From the NCBI GenBank assembly GCA_964551725.1, contig CAZKED010000020.1:1-24077 (forward strand): 24,077 nt of DNA, given 5' to 3'. The position numbers were made by a program, and so were the translations under genes. The stretch is from an uncultured archaeon (lineage in GTDB: Archaea; Iainarchaeota; Iainarchaeia; Iainarchaeales; DTGL01). This document shows positions 6,156 to 15,440 of this stretch, piece after piece. Position 1 is the stretch's first letter. Each line of letters begins with the position of its first letter. A model generated the notes under the pieces. It was given only the letters and a program-made list of their open reading frames with translations, had not been told where the DNA came from and did not search any database.

Positions 6156-8837
6156 TTAAAACCGCTTTCTGCCATTTTTCTTTACCCTGCTCTTTTCCCT
6201 TATCGCCGCCTGAGCTGCGGCAAGTCTTGCGATTGGAATCCTGAAAGGCGAGCAGCTCACATAGTCAAGCCCGATTTCGTGAAAGAATTCTATTGACTCG
6301 GGGTTGCCGCCGTGCTCGCCGCAAATTCCGACTTCGAGCCTTGGATTCGCTCTCCTGCCGTCTACTGCGGCTATTTTAACGAGCTGACCCACGCCCTCCT
6401 TGTCCAGCACCATAAAAGGGTTGTGCGCCAGAATGCCCCTGTCCATGTACACGCCCAAGAATTTTGCCTCCGCGTCATCCCTGGAAAAACCGAACGTTGT
6501 CTGCGTTAAATCGTTTGTGCCGAAGGAGAAGAAATCGGAATGCATGGCTATTTCCTTTGCCGCAAGGCAGGCTCTCGGCAGTTCAATCATCGTGCCAATA
6601 TTGAACGCAATTCTTTTGCTTGATTTTGTCATTGCCTGGTTTGCGGTCTTCCACACAATATCCCTGAGAAACGATACTTCGTTCCCTGCTCCAACCAAGG
6701 GGATCATTATTTTGGGGTTTACCTCAACGCCCTCCTCAACCGCCTGGAGTGCTGCCTCAAATATTGCCTGCACCTGCATTTCATATATTTCGGGATAAAT
6801 TATTCCCAGCCTGCAGCCCCTGAAGCCCAGCATGGGGTTCTTTTCCCTTAAATCCTTTGCCTTCATGTAAAGAAGCCTTTCTTCCTCGAGCTTGCGTAAC
6901 TCTGAACGGTCCGCTTCAAGAAGCTGGATTCTTTCAAGCAGTTCGCCGCGGTCCGGCAAAAACTCGTGCAATGGCGGATCCAACAGACGTATTATCACCG
7001 GCAATCCATTCATTGCCCTGAATATTCCCAAAAAATCGCCGCGCTGCATTGGCAGGAGATTCTTAAGCGCTTCTTTTCTCTCCTTTTTGTTCGAGGCGAG
7101 AATCATTCCCTGCACTATTGGAACGCGCTCTTTTGACATAAACATGTGCTCTGTCCTGCACAGGCCTATTCCCTCGGCTCCGAAATCGCGCGCTTTTAGG
7201 GCTTCCTCTGGAGTGTCGGCATTCGCCCTAACGCCGAGTTCCCTGAAAGAGTCCGCCCACTCAAGAAGCTGTTTGGCGCTTTCACTCATTTCGGGTTCAA
7301 GCATTTTCACCCTGCCCAGTATTACCCTGCCGGAGGAACCGTCAATCGTAATGACTTGGCGTTCTTTTACCTCTGTTTTTCCGGCTTTGAATCTCTTTTT
7401 TTCAAAATCAATCGATATTGCCTCGCATCCTGCAACGCACGGCTTGCCCATTCCCCTGGCAACAACAGCGGCATGGGATGTTAGGCCGCCCCTGGAAGTC
7501 AAAACGCCCTGCGAGGCAACAACCCCGTGTATGTCCTCGGGCGTTGTTTCGGGTCTGACAAGAATCACTTTCTCGCCTGATTCCGCCATGCGGTCGGCAT
7601 CGTCCGAGTGGAGGACAACCTTTCCACAAGCGGCTCCCGGGGAAGCCGGAAGACCTCTGGCTATTTCCCTGAGTTTTTTTCTTGCATCGATTCTCCTGTG
7701 CAGTAGTTGGCCCAAATGCTCCGGACCGATGCGCACAACCGCTTCCTCTTTGCCAATCAGCCCCTCGTTCACCATGTCCACCGCAATTCTTACCGCTGCC
7801 TCGGCAGTTCTTTTTCCGGCACGGGTTTGCAGCATCCAGAGCTTTCCGCTTTCCACAGTGAATTCAAAATCCTGCACGTCCTTGTAATGCCTTTCAAGCT
7901 TGCCGGCAACCTTTTCCAGTTCAGCATACGCCCTTGGAATCTTCTTTTTCATTTCCTCCAGGGGCAGCGGCGTTCTTGTTCCGCCGACAACGTCCTCGCC
8001 CTGTGCCTTGAGGAGGAACTCCCCGAAAAGCCCTCTTTCTCCCGTAGAAGGGTTGCGGGTGAATCCCACGCCTGTGCCCGAATTCCTGTCCATGTTGCCG
8101 AAAACCATTGACTCCACGTTTACAGCGGTGCCTACTGAATCGGGAATATTCTGTATTTTCCTGTAGGTGATTGCCCTGCGGTTGTTCCAGGAATTGAATA
8201 CCGCGTTTATTGCCATAAAGAGCTGCTCTTTGGGATCCTGGGGGAATTCCTTGCCTGTTTCGTTTTTATATGTTGAATTGAACTCGGAGATTACCCCTTT
8301 CAAGTGCTTTGCCTTGAGATCGGAATCAAACCTCAGGGAATGATTCTTTTTAACGCTTTCAAGAGTTTTTTCGAATTTTTCCGGGGAAATGCCCATTACC
8401 ACCTCGCCGAACATCTGTATGAGCCTGCGGTAGAGGTCCAGGGCAAAGCGCTCGTCGCGGGTTTTTTTAACCAACGCCTTTATTGTCCTATCATTCAGCC
8501 CGAGGTTGAGCACGGTGTCCATCATGCCGGGCATTGAAACAGGCGCTCCCGACCTAACTGAAAAAAGCAATGGATTGCTCTTTCCATTGAACTTTTTACG
8601 CGTTTTTCTCTCTATTTTTGTTATCGCTTTTTCAACCTGTTCTTTCAGTCCCGGGGGATATTTCCTGTTGTGCTCCAGAAAGTAATTGCAGACATTCGTA
8701 CAGATTGTGAAACCGTGCGGGATGGGCAGACCCATCCTTGTCATTTCCGCAAGGTTTGCGCCCTTTCCGCCCAGCTTGTCCCTCATTTCCTTTCTTCCTT
8801 CTTCAAAAAGGAAAACGAATTTTTTGGTATGACCCAT
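6156..8837 (-). CDS. ppdK: Pyruvate, phosphate dikinase
   Basis: LGGKGANLAEM, LLFSVRSGAPVSMPGMMDTVLNLG, phospho-His motif GGLTSHAAVVARG, GIGLCRTEHMF, FSFGTNDLTQ, GICGEHGG. 893 aa from ATG 8837 with a GGTG SD upstream. Confidence 0.97.
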   Translation of the reverse strand: MGHTKKFVFLFEEGRKEMRDKLGGKGANLAEMTRMGLPIPHGFTICTNVCNYFLEHNRKYPPGLKEQVEKAITKIERKTRKKFNGKSNPLLFSVRSGAPVSMPGMMDTVLNLGLNDRTIKALVKKTRDERFALDLYRRLIQMFGEVVMGISPEKFEKTLESVKKNHSLRFDSDLKAKHLKGVISEFNSTYKNETGKEFPQDPKEQLFMAINAVFNSWNNRRAITYRKIQNIPDSVGTAVNVESMVFGNMDRNSGTGVGFTRNPSTGERGLFGEFLLKAQGEDVVGGTRTPLPLEEMKKKIPRAYAELEKVAGKLERHYKDVQDFEFTVESGKLWMLQTRAGKRTAEAAVRIAVDMVNEGLIGKEEAVVRIGPEHLGQLLHRRIDARKKLREIARGLPASPGAACGKVVLHSDDADRMAESGEKVILVRPETTPEDIHGVVASQGVLTSRGGLTSHAAVVARGMGKPCVAGCEAISIDFEKKRFKAGKTEVKERQVITIDGSSGRVILGRVKMLEPEMSESAKQLLEWADSFRELGVRANADTPEEALKARDFGAEGIGLCRTEHMFMSKERVPIVQGMILASNKKERKEALKNLLPMQRGDFLGIFRAMNGLPVIIRLLDPPLHEFLPDRGELLERIQLLEADRSELRKLEEERLLYMKAKDLREKNPMLGFRGCRLGIIYPEIYEMQVQAIFEAALQAVEEGVEVNPKIMIPLVGAGNEVSFLRDIVWKTANQAMTKSSKRIAFNIGTMIELPRACLAAKEIAMHSDFFSFGTNDLTQTTFGFSRDDAEAKFLGVYMDRGILAHNPFMVLDKEGVGQLVKIAAVDGRRANPRLEVGICGEHGGNPESIEFFHEIGLDYVSCSPFRIPIARLAAAQAAIREKSRVKKNGRKRF

Positions 8838-8936
8838 AAACTGCACCGTTTAAATGTACAAAAAGTGCGAATAAGCAGTAAAAACTCGCTCTGAAAATGT
8901 TTAAAAAATGTTTTAATGCGAATTTTTTTGGTTTAA

Positions 8937-9065
8937 ATGGTTATAACGCTTGCTTTGGTTTTTCTCATAGTAGTGCTTATTCTCGCAATACTGCTCGTGG
9001 CAAGGAAAAAAGAGCGCAGGTCAAAGAGAACGATTGCGAGAATTCCGAGAATGAGCATTCGGTGA
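8937..9065 (+). CDS. Small single-pass membrane protein (42 aa) with basic tail
   Basis: Hand translation: MVITLALVFLIVVLILAILLVARKKERRSKRTIARIPRMSIR*. 22 uncharged, mostly hydrophobic residues then a K/R-rich tail. TTTTAA at 8911-8916; the stop lies 1 nt from the convergent minD stop. Below the ORF-track size cutoff. Confidence 0.7.
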   Translation: MVITLALVFLIVVLILAILLVARKKERRSKRTIARIPRMSIR

Positions 9066-9066
9066 A

Positions 9067-9840
9067 TCAGCGGAAAAACGCCGAAACAATTCTCTTAAGT
9101 CTTTCGAGCACTGATTCGTTGCTGAACTCGTATTCGGGAGAGCCGGCAATCTGCGCTGCGAGGGAAAGCATCTGCATTCCCACCCTTGAACTCGGGTTGC
9201 GGAACACAACGGGATAATTCGCGGAAAAAGCATTCTTCACCGACACATCGTCGTTTACTGCCGCGAGAACAGGCGCTTCAACAATGCTTTCAATGTCATC
9301 CAAGGAAACCTGCCTTTCCTTGGCATTCACCTTGTTCACCACAACGCCCAAGACCTTCCTTTTCAGCGAGCGCGCGAGACGCACCGCCCTAAGGGCATCG
9401 ATTACTGCGGGCATCTCGGGATTTGTTACCACGAGCACGAAATCGCTCGCGGTAATCGCCAGCCGCGCCTCTTCATCCAGGCCAGCGCCGGCATCAACCA
9501 AAAGCAAATCGGTTTTTTTCCTGAGTTCGGAGACGAGTGCGAATGCCTCGGAATAATCCTGCTCCAGTTCGGCGAGAGAAAGCGAGCACGTGACAAGGCG
9601 GACTCCCGAGCCGTGCTCCAGAATTGCCTCGTCAAGAGAACAGTCATTGTTCAACACGTGGTTTATTGTTCTTTGGGCAGGCATAAAGCCGAGGTAAAGC
9701 CCAGCTGTGGGGGAAGTAACATTGCCCTCCATTACAATTGGGTTATGCCCGAGCTTGTGGAGCGCGGCAGCCAAATTCAGTGCAACAGTGGTCTTGCCCA
9801 CTCCGCCCTTTCCCGAAATAATTGAAACAACCTCGCCCAT
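9067..9840 (-). CDS. minD: MinD/ParA-family ATPase (archaeal MinD-like)
   Basis: Deviant Walker A SGKGGVGKTT, LLVDAGAGL, VVTNPE, GVVVNK, and a C-terminal amphipathic segment SVLERLKRIVSAFFR. 257 aa. Confidence 0.85.
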   Translation of the reverse strand: MGEVVSIISGKGGVGKTTVALNLAAALHKLGHNPIVMEGNVTSPTAGLYLGFMPAQRTINHVLNNDCSLDEAILEHGSGVRLVTCSLSLAELEQDYSEAFALVSELRKKTDLLLVDAGAGLDEEARLAITASDFVLVVTNPEMPAVIDALRAVRLARSLKRKVLGVVVNKVNAKERQVSLDDIESIVEAPVLAAVNDDVSVKNAFSANYPVVFRNPSSRVGMQMLSLAAQIAGSPEYEFSNESVLERLKRIVSAFFR

Positions 9841-9911
9841 AAAAAACCACGCAAAAAAACTCTGTATAAGAATAAGTGCTTTTCAATTATTTATATTTAA
9901 TGTTCAAAGGG

Positions 9912-11381
9912 CTAATCAGAAGTCACACTCAAATACTTTGCAAGCAGGGGATGCTTTTCCTTCATTTCCGCATAGCACTGCTTTGCGACCTTCCTGTAGG
10001 ACTCGTGCCCTGCTTTTCCGCTGCGCAGTTTAATGAAGTGCCACAATTCGCGCAGATTCCACGTGAGGAGCAGGCGCTTTCTGAATGCCAAGGGCACGCA
10101 ATACTGCGTAGCGAAAGGGAGTTCTTTCCGCATGGAATCGAAGAGGTTCTTTGCCTCCTGCATTTTCTCGGAGAAAGATTCAGCGAGACCGCATTCTTTC
10201 ATTTCTTCCGGCACCGAGAAGCCGTGGTCGCAGGTGAGCAGCTGGGTTGTCTGAGTGCACATCCTGTGCCTCTGTATGTCTCTGAACGCGCCGAAATCAA
10301 CGAGAATGTCGAAAGTGAAATAGGAGTGCTCGAACTCGCGCGGCAGCCGTTCTCCGCCCAAACCTTTCACGAATTCCTCCAGCACCCTTTCCTTCTCTTC
10401 CGCGCCCATTTTCTTTGCCTGCGCAAGGCATCGTGTGAAAGAATGCTGTGAGTAACGGTATAACGCGGCTGCAACTATTTTTTCCTCCGCCAGGAAATCG
10501 GAGTGCACCAGTTCCACGGGCTTCCTTTCCTGCGGTTGGGGAGAATACCGCTTTGAGAAGGAAAGCATCCTTTTCTCGGTGTCAAGCAAATAACCGCTTT
10601 TGGCTGCTGCCTTCAGGAGCGTGGGGAGAATGCCACTGCACTCCCGCTTCATTTGCTCCGCAATGGAATTCATCTCGCTGAGAGGGTGGGAGAGCAGTTT
10701 CACCACAACGTGCTCCCATTCCCTTGCATTGCAGGTCATTCCAATGTTTGTCAGCGTTGAAGCAGGCAATGCGTAGCGCAGGACATCGCAGACCCCTGCC
10801 TTGGTCAGCGATTCATAGAACCTTTCACTCATTTCCTGAGAGCGAGGGTGCTTGGAGCGCATGAATTCAAGCATTTTTTCCTGGCTTTCAGTGTAGAAAT
10901 CGAAAAGGGAATTCATTACCTGCTCATAGCGCTCTGAGTGCCTTGATTCCATTATTTCCCTCGGTTTGCAGTATTTTGTTCTGTCGAATACCTGGTAGCG
11001 CGTGCTTTTTTCAGTGAAGGCTGCCAGGCGGGAGTCTTCAATGCTTTTGGAGGCGAGAATGCTCACGTTCTCCAAGGCGAGGGAGCAAACCGAGTGCTCG
11101 GCTACGCTCTTGTGCCCGAAGCCGACAACCCATTTTTTGTGAAATGCAGAGGCCTTTTTTTCCGCTGCACTGTAATCCGGTTTTGCAGTGGAACCAGGGG
11201 AAATGCTGCCTTCTTTGAGGAGCTTGAGCAGATTGTCGCGGAAGGAATTCGGCGAACGGGAAACATAGGCGAATAAAACGGAGATTACTTCCGGCGGCAG
11301 GGAATGCAGTGCGTAAATGTCTCTATCCAAGTTGGAAACATGTCTTGAGAGAATTTCGGCGTCTTCCTTTTTGTATGCCAT
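9912..11381 (-). CDS. thyX: FAD-dependent thymidylate synthase, tandem two-domain form
   Basis: N-half GFGHKSVAEH, EKSTRYQ, RYALP..T, NAREWEH; C-half PREFEH, RDIQRHR, QYCVP, NLRELWHFIKLRS..GH. 489 aa, about twice a single-domain ThyX. Confidence 0.9.
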   Translation of the reverse strand: MAYKKEDAEILSRHVSNLDRDIYALHSLPPEVISVLFAYVSRSPNSFRDNLLKLLKEGSISPGSTAKPDYSAAEKKASAFHKKWVVGFGHKSVAEHSVCSLALENVSILASKSIEDSRLAAFTEKSTRYQVFDRTKYCKPREIMESRHSERYEQVMNSLFDFYTESQEKMLEFMRSKHPRSQEMSERFYESLTKAGVCDVLRYALPASTLTNIGMTCNAREWEHVVVKLLSHPLSEMNSIAEQMKRECSGILPTLLKAAAKSGYLLDTEKRMLSFSKRYSPQPQERKPVELVHSDFLAEEKIVAAALYRYSQHSFTRCLAQAKKMGAEEKERVLEEFVKGLGGERLPREFEHSYFTFDILVDFGAFRDIQRHRMCTQTTQLLTCDHGFSVPEEMKECGLAESFSEKMQEAKNLFDSMRKELPFATQYCVPLAFRKRLLLTWNLRELWHFIKLRSGKAGHESYRKVAKQCYAEMKEKHPLLAKYLSVTSD

Positions 11382-11483
11382 AAAACGCGCCTCGGTTTTA
11401 AATGTGGAAGAAAAGTAAGTTAAAATATATTGAAAAAAGGGATTAATTCGCTGAAGAACGAAATTGCGTCGGGCAAAAAACGT

Positions 11484-11523
11484 AAGCTTTAATAAGGTTT
11501 CCAGCGGAGAGTTATAAAAGGTG
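11484..11523 (+). promoter_or_regulatory. BRE/TATA promoter and GGTG Shine-Dalgarno of the mevalonate operon
   Basis: AAGCTTTAATAA at 11484-11495 preceded by an A-rich run; AAGGTG at 11518-11523, 5 nt before ATG 11529. Confidence 0.6.
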
Positions 11524-11528
11524 TTCTG

Positions 11529-12770
11529 ATGAATTCTGCGGTGAAGGCATTCTATGAAAAGCCCTGGAAGGAGAGAACCGAAATCATTGCAAAAGAATGC
11601 TCGCTGAACGCCGGGGAAAAGAAGCTGCTAGAATCAATGCACCCGCTTGACTTCGAGACAGCGGACAGGATGGCGGAGAACGTTATCGGAACATTCGCCC
11701 TGCCTCTCGGCATTGCGACAAATTTCCGCATAAACGGAAAGGACTGCTTCGTTCCAATGGCTGTGGAGGAAAGCAGCGTTGTTGCCGCGGCAAGCAAGGG
11801 CGCGAAAATTGCGAGGATGCTGGGCGGCTTTGAAGCCGAGTGCAGCAAACAGATAATGATAGGGCAGATTCAGCTGAAGGACGCCGACCAAAAAAAAGTG
11901 AAAGAAGTGATTGAAAAGCACAAATCCGCACTACTGGAAAAAGCGAATTCATGCGACAGAGTGCTGTGCGGGCACGGCGGCGGGGCAAGGGAAATTGAAG
12001 TGCGGAGCGCGGAAAAGTTCACAGTGCTGCACTTGCTCGTGGACGTGAAAGACGCAATGGGCGCAAACGCAGTCAACACAATGTGCGAGGCGCTTGCGCC
12101 GGAGATTGAAAAACTGTGCAATTGCAGCGTTGGGCTTAAAATCCTTTCCAATTTTGCAGTGCACAGGATTGCAAAAGCGAGGGCAAAGTTCAGCGTGAAA
12201 GAGCTCGGCGAAGAAACGGTGCGGGGAATAATCGAGGCAGGGGAGTTCGCCTCAGCAGATCCATACCGCGCCGTAACGAACAACAAGGGAATAATGAACG
12301 GAGTGGACGCTTTAACAATAGCCACAGGCAACGACTTCAGGGCAATGGAAGCCGGAGTTCACGCTTTTGCCTCCAAGAGCGGGAAATATTTGCCGCTGGC
12401 AAAATATTCAAAGGACAGCGAAGGGAATTTGCTCGGAGAAATAGAAATGCCGGTGCAGCTCGGAATAGTGGGCGGAAGCACCAAAGTGAATCCAACGGCA
12501 AAACTGTGCCTCAAAATCCTGGGAGTGAAATCGGCTGCAGAATTGGGGGAAGTGACCGCGAGCGTTGGGCTGGCGCAGAATTTCGCCGCACTGCGCGCGC
12601 TTGCAAGCGAGGGAATACAGCAAGGGCACATGAAACTGCACGCCGAAAACATCGCAGTGCAGGCAGGCGCGAAAGGAAAAGAAATAAAAATTGTGGCAGA
12701 GAAAATGATTTCACTCGGAACAATACGCCAGGAAGAAGCGGAAAGGGTGTTGGGTGAAATCCGTGAATGA
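11529..12770 (+). CDS. mvaA: Class II HMG-CoA reductase
   Basis: ENVIGTFALPLGIA, PMAVEESSVVAA, DAMGANAVN, YRAVTNNKGIMNG, ATGNDFRA, GLAQNFAAL, EGIQQGHMKLH: class II signature set. 413 aa. Confidence 0.95.
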   Translation: MNSAVKAFYEKPWKERTEIIAKECSLNAGEKKLLESMHPLDFETADRMAENVIGTFALPLGIATNFRINGKDCFVPMAVEESSVVAAASKGAKIARMLGGFEAECSKQIMIGQIQLKDADQKKVKEVIEKHKSALLEKANSCDRVLCGHGGGAREIEVRSAEKFTVLHLLVDVKDAMGANAVNTMCEALAPEIEKLCNCSVGLKILSNFAVHRIAKARAKFSVKELGEETVRGIIEAGEFASADPYRAVTNNKGIMNGVDALTIATGNDFRAMEAGVHAFASKSGKYLPLAKYSKDSEGNLLGEIEMPVQLGIVGGSTKVNPTAKLCLKILGVKSAAELGEVTASVGLAQNFAALRALASEGIQQGHMKLHAENIAVQAGAKGKEIKIVAEKMISLGTIRQEEAERVLGEIRE

Positions 12771-13815
12771 AAAAGCGGGAATTATAGGCTACGGGGTGCA
12801 CGTTCCCTGGCGCAGGATTCGCGTGGAAGAAATTGCGAGAGTCTGGGGAAAGGACGGGAAGAAAATCGCGAAAGGACTGAACGTGAAGGAGAAAAGCGTT
12901 GCCGCATTCGACGAGGACGCATGCACTCTTGCAGTGGAAGCAGCAAGGAAAGGTTTGACGGACTTTGAAATTGACCCCAAAAGAGTAGGAGCAATTTATG
13001 TTGGAAGCGAATCGCACCCTTATGCCGTCAATCCTACAGCGAGCATTGTAGGCGACGCGATAAACGCGGACAACGAGTATTTTGCTGTCGACATGGAGTT
13101 CGCGTGCAAGGCGGGAACAGCGGCAATGCAGGTATGCTATGCGCAGGCAATTGCCGGAATGATTGAAGTTGGACTGGCAATCGGCACCGACACAGCACAG
13201 GGCAAGCCGAATGACGCACTGGAATTTACGGCGGGAAGCGGAGCCGGGGCAATATTCATTGGCTCGGACAAAAAGGAAATAATCGCCGAAATTGATGCAA
13301 CCTGCTCCTATACAACGGACACGCCTGATTTCTGGAGAAGACCGAAAGCAGAATTCCCCGAACACACAGGCAGGTTCACGGGCAAGCCGGCTTACTTCAA
13401 GCACGTGCTGAACGCTGCGAAAAAACTGCTGGAAAAAACCGGAATGGAAGCAGGGGATTTTGACCACGCGGTCTTCCACCAGCCAAACGGAAAATTCCCA
13501 GTAAAGGCAGCGCAAGCGCTCGGCATCCCGCTGGAAAAAACAGAGCAGGGGCTTATAACGCCGCTCATAGGGAACACTTATTCGGGCTCGACGCCAATGG
13601 GGCTGTGCTCAATACTGGACAAGGCAAAGCCAAAGGACAAAATTTTGGCGGTGAGCTACGGATCGGGAGCGGGCTCTGACGCCTTTGCATTAACAGTAAC
13701 AAAGAATATTGAAAAACGCCGTGCGAGAATCCCTGTCCTGAAACAGATTGAGAAAAAGAAATACGTCGATTACGCTGTGTACTTGAAACACAGGGGGAAA
13801 ATAAAGAGCCTGTAG
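12763..13815 (+). CDS. hmgB: HMG-CoA synthase (archaeal type)
   Basis: VGSESHPYAV, catalytic MEFACKAGTAA, TTDTPDFWRR, GRFTGKPAYF, FHQPNGKFP, GNTYSG, SYGSGAGSDA. GTG 12763 follows a GGTGA SD (alternative start 12754) and overlaps the HMGR stop. Confidence 0.95.
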   Translation: MNEKAGIIGYGVHVPWRRIRVEEIARVWGKDGKKIAKGLNVKEKSVAAFDEDACTLAVEAARKGLTDFEIDPKRVGAIYVGSESHPYAVNPTASIVGDAINADNEYFAVDMEFACKAGTAAMQVCYAQAIAGMIEVGLAIGTDTAQGKPNDALEFTAGSGAGAIFIGSDKKEIIAEIDATCSYTTDTPDFWRRPKAEFPEHTGRFTGKPAYFKHVLNAAKKLLEKTGMEAGDFDHAVFHQPNGKFPVKAAQALGIPLEKTEQGLITPLIGNTYSGSTPMGLCSILDKAKPKDKILAVSYGSGAGSDAFALTVTKNIEKRRARIPVLKQIEKKKYVDYAVYLKHRGKIKSL

Positions 13816-13824
13816 GTGCTGGAA

Positions 13825-14994
13825 ATGACTGAAGTGGTGATTGTTGGAGCGGGAATGACCAAATTCGGCGAGCACTGGGAACGCTCTTTCCGCGAGCTGA
13901 TTGCCGAGGCGGCAATAAAAGCCATAGGCGACGCAGGAATAAAAGGCGAACAAATCGAGGCGATTTACGGCGGCTGCATGGCTTCCGGCAGATTCATAGG
14001 ACAGGAGCACATTGGAGCACTAATAGCAGACCAGCTTGGATTGAATCCGATTCCGAGCACGAGGTGCGAGGCGGCATGCGCTTCCGGGGGGGTTGCACTG
14101 CGCAACGGCTATTTGGCGATCAAAAGCGGGGAGCACGACGTGGTAGCAGTGGGCGGAATTGAAAAAATGACAGAAGTGAGTACAGAGGAAGCGTCTTTTG
14201 CGTTGGGAGGAGCTGGAGACCAGGAAACAGAACTTTTCCACGGCGCGACCTTTCCCAGCCTTTACGCCCTGCTGGCGCGGAGGCACATGCACGAGTTCGG
14301 CACAACCGAAGAGCAGATGGCGATGGTCGCAGTAAAAAACCATGCTAACGGAATGCTTAATCCAAATTCACAGTTCCACAGAGAGATAACCGTCCAAGAC
14401 GTGATGAAATCAACCTATGTTGCAGAACCAATAAAGGTCCTGGACTGCTCTCCTATAACGGACGGCGCAGCCGCTGTCATTCTATGCTCAAAGGAAAAAG
14501 CAGAGGAACTGGGTTTGGGGGGAATAGAAATCCTTGCATCGGAACAGGGCTCTGATACTCTCTCGCTGGCGGACAGGAAGAGTTTGACAGAACTGCGGGC
14601 AACAAAGGAAGCAGCAAGGAAAGCATATGAAAAAGCCCGCATTTCCCCGAAAGACGTGAGCTTTGCGGAAGTGCATGACTGCTTTACAATTGCGGAAATT
14701 CTTGCGATTGAGGACCTGGGGTTTTTCAAAAAAGGAAAGGGCGGCATGGCAACGGAAAAAGGAAAGACCACTTTGGAGGGGGAAATTCCTATTAACTTGA
14801 GCGGGGGACTTAAATGTGGTCACCCTGTGGGCGCAACAGGGGTAAAACAAGCAATTGAAGCATTTGAACAATTGTTGGGAAGAGCAGGGGAGAGGCAGAT
14901 TAAAAATCCACAAATTGGATTAGCCCATAATATCGGGGGCAGCGGAGCAACTGCCGTTGTAAGCATTTTCAAAAAATGGGGGGTTGGAGAATGA
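13825..14994 (+). CDS. Acetoacetyl-CoA thiolase (archaeal type)
   Basis: GMTKFGE, catalytic CEAACASGG, KNHANG, CSPITDGAAA, EVHDCFT, GHPVGATG, HNIGGSG. ATG 13825 after an AGGTG SD. 389 aa. Confidence 0.93.
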   Translation: MTEVVIVGAGMTKFGEHWERSFRELIAEAAIKAIGDAGIKGEQIEAIYGGCMASGRFIGQEHIGALIADQLGLNPIPSTRCEAACASGGVALRNGYLAIKSGEHDVVAVGGIEKMTEVSTEEASFALGGAGDQETELFHGATFPSLYALLARRHMHEFGTTEEQMAMVAVKNHANGMLNPNSQFHREITVQDVMKSTYVAEPIKVLDCSPITDGAAAVILCSKEKAEELGLGGIEILASEQGSDTLSLADRKSLTELRATKEAARKAYEKARISPKDVSFAEVHDCFTIAEILAIEDLGFFKKGKGGMATEKGKTTLEGEIPINLSGGLKCGHPVGATGVKQAIEAFEQLLGRAGERQIKNPQIGLAHNIGGSGATAVVSIFKKWGVGE

Positions 14995-15392
14995 AGGATT
15001 CAGCGCCCCTTAACTGGAGGAAGTTTCCCGAAAGGTACAATTTGCGGGGAAACTACTGCGAGGAATGCGGAACAGCGTTTTTTCCAGCGAGGGCAATATG
15101 CCCGAAATGCAGGAGAAAAGGGAAGCTTGTGAAGAAAGACATGCCCCGCACTGGAAAAATTTATTCATTCACCAAACTGCATGTTGCACCCACGGGATTC
15201 AGGCACGAAACCCCTTACTACCTCGCAATAATCGAACTGGAGAACAAGGCAAGGGTTCTGGCGCAATTGGTGGACACCGAGGGCGAAAAAGTAAAAATAG
15301 GCGCAAAGGTAAAAAAAATGTTCAGGAAAATGGGGCAGGCAGACAAATACGGCACAATAACCTATGCCTACAAGTTCAGGATAGTGAAATGA
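14991..15392 (+). CDS. DUF35 Zn-ribbon/OB-fold scaffold of the thiolase-HMGS complex
   Basis: CEECG..FFP.R.ICPKC zinc ribbon, GKIYSFT, PYYLAIIEL, YAYKF. ATGA overlap with the thiolase stop. 133 aa. Confidence 0.92.
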   Translation: MKDSAPLNWRKFPERYNLRGNYCEECGTAFFPARAICPKCRRKGKLVKKDMPRTGKIYSFTKLHVAPTGFRHETPYYLAIIELENKARVLAQLVDTEGEKVKIGAKVKKMFRKMGQADKYGTITYAYKFRIVK

Positions 15393-15397
15393 GCCGG

Positions 15398-15440
15398 GAA
15401 AAGACCCATTTAAAAGAACTTAATTTCCACTAATTGGGGT
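15398..15440 (+). promoter_or_regulatory. Possible internal promoter upstream of mvk
   Basis: The largest gap in the operon (53 nt) contains GAAAAG (15398-15403), TTTAAAA (15409-15415) and an SD-like GGGGT (15436-15440). Confidence 0.4.

Noticed and set aside
6892-7887. Long antisense ORFs (also 12511-13515, 20573-21391, 21644-22372, 4129-4755, 9876-10451 and many shorter ones)
   Set aside because: Ser/Phe/Leu-rich shadows of well-supported K/E-rich genes on the opposite strand, with no motifs.
6156-8837. PEP synthase (ppsA)
   Set aside because: The SVRSGA..SMPGMMDT motif, GICGEHGG and the ~890-aa length are diagnostic of PPDK.
8897-9217. 106-aa + strand ORF from the track
   Set aside because: It overlaps minD antisense by ~150 nt and has no recognisable features; the 42-aa ORF in another frame fits the gap and has a promoter.
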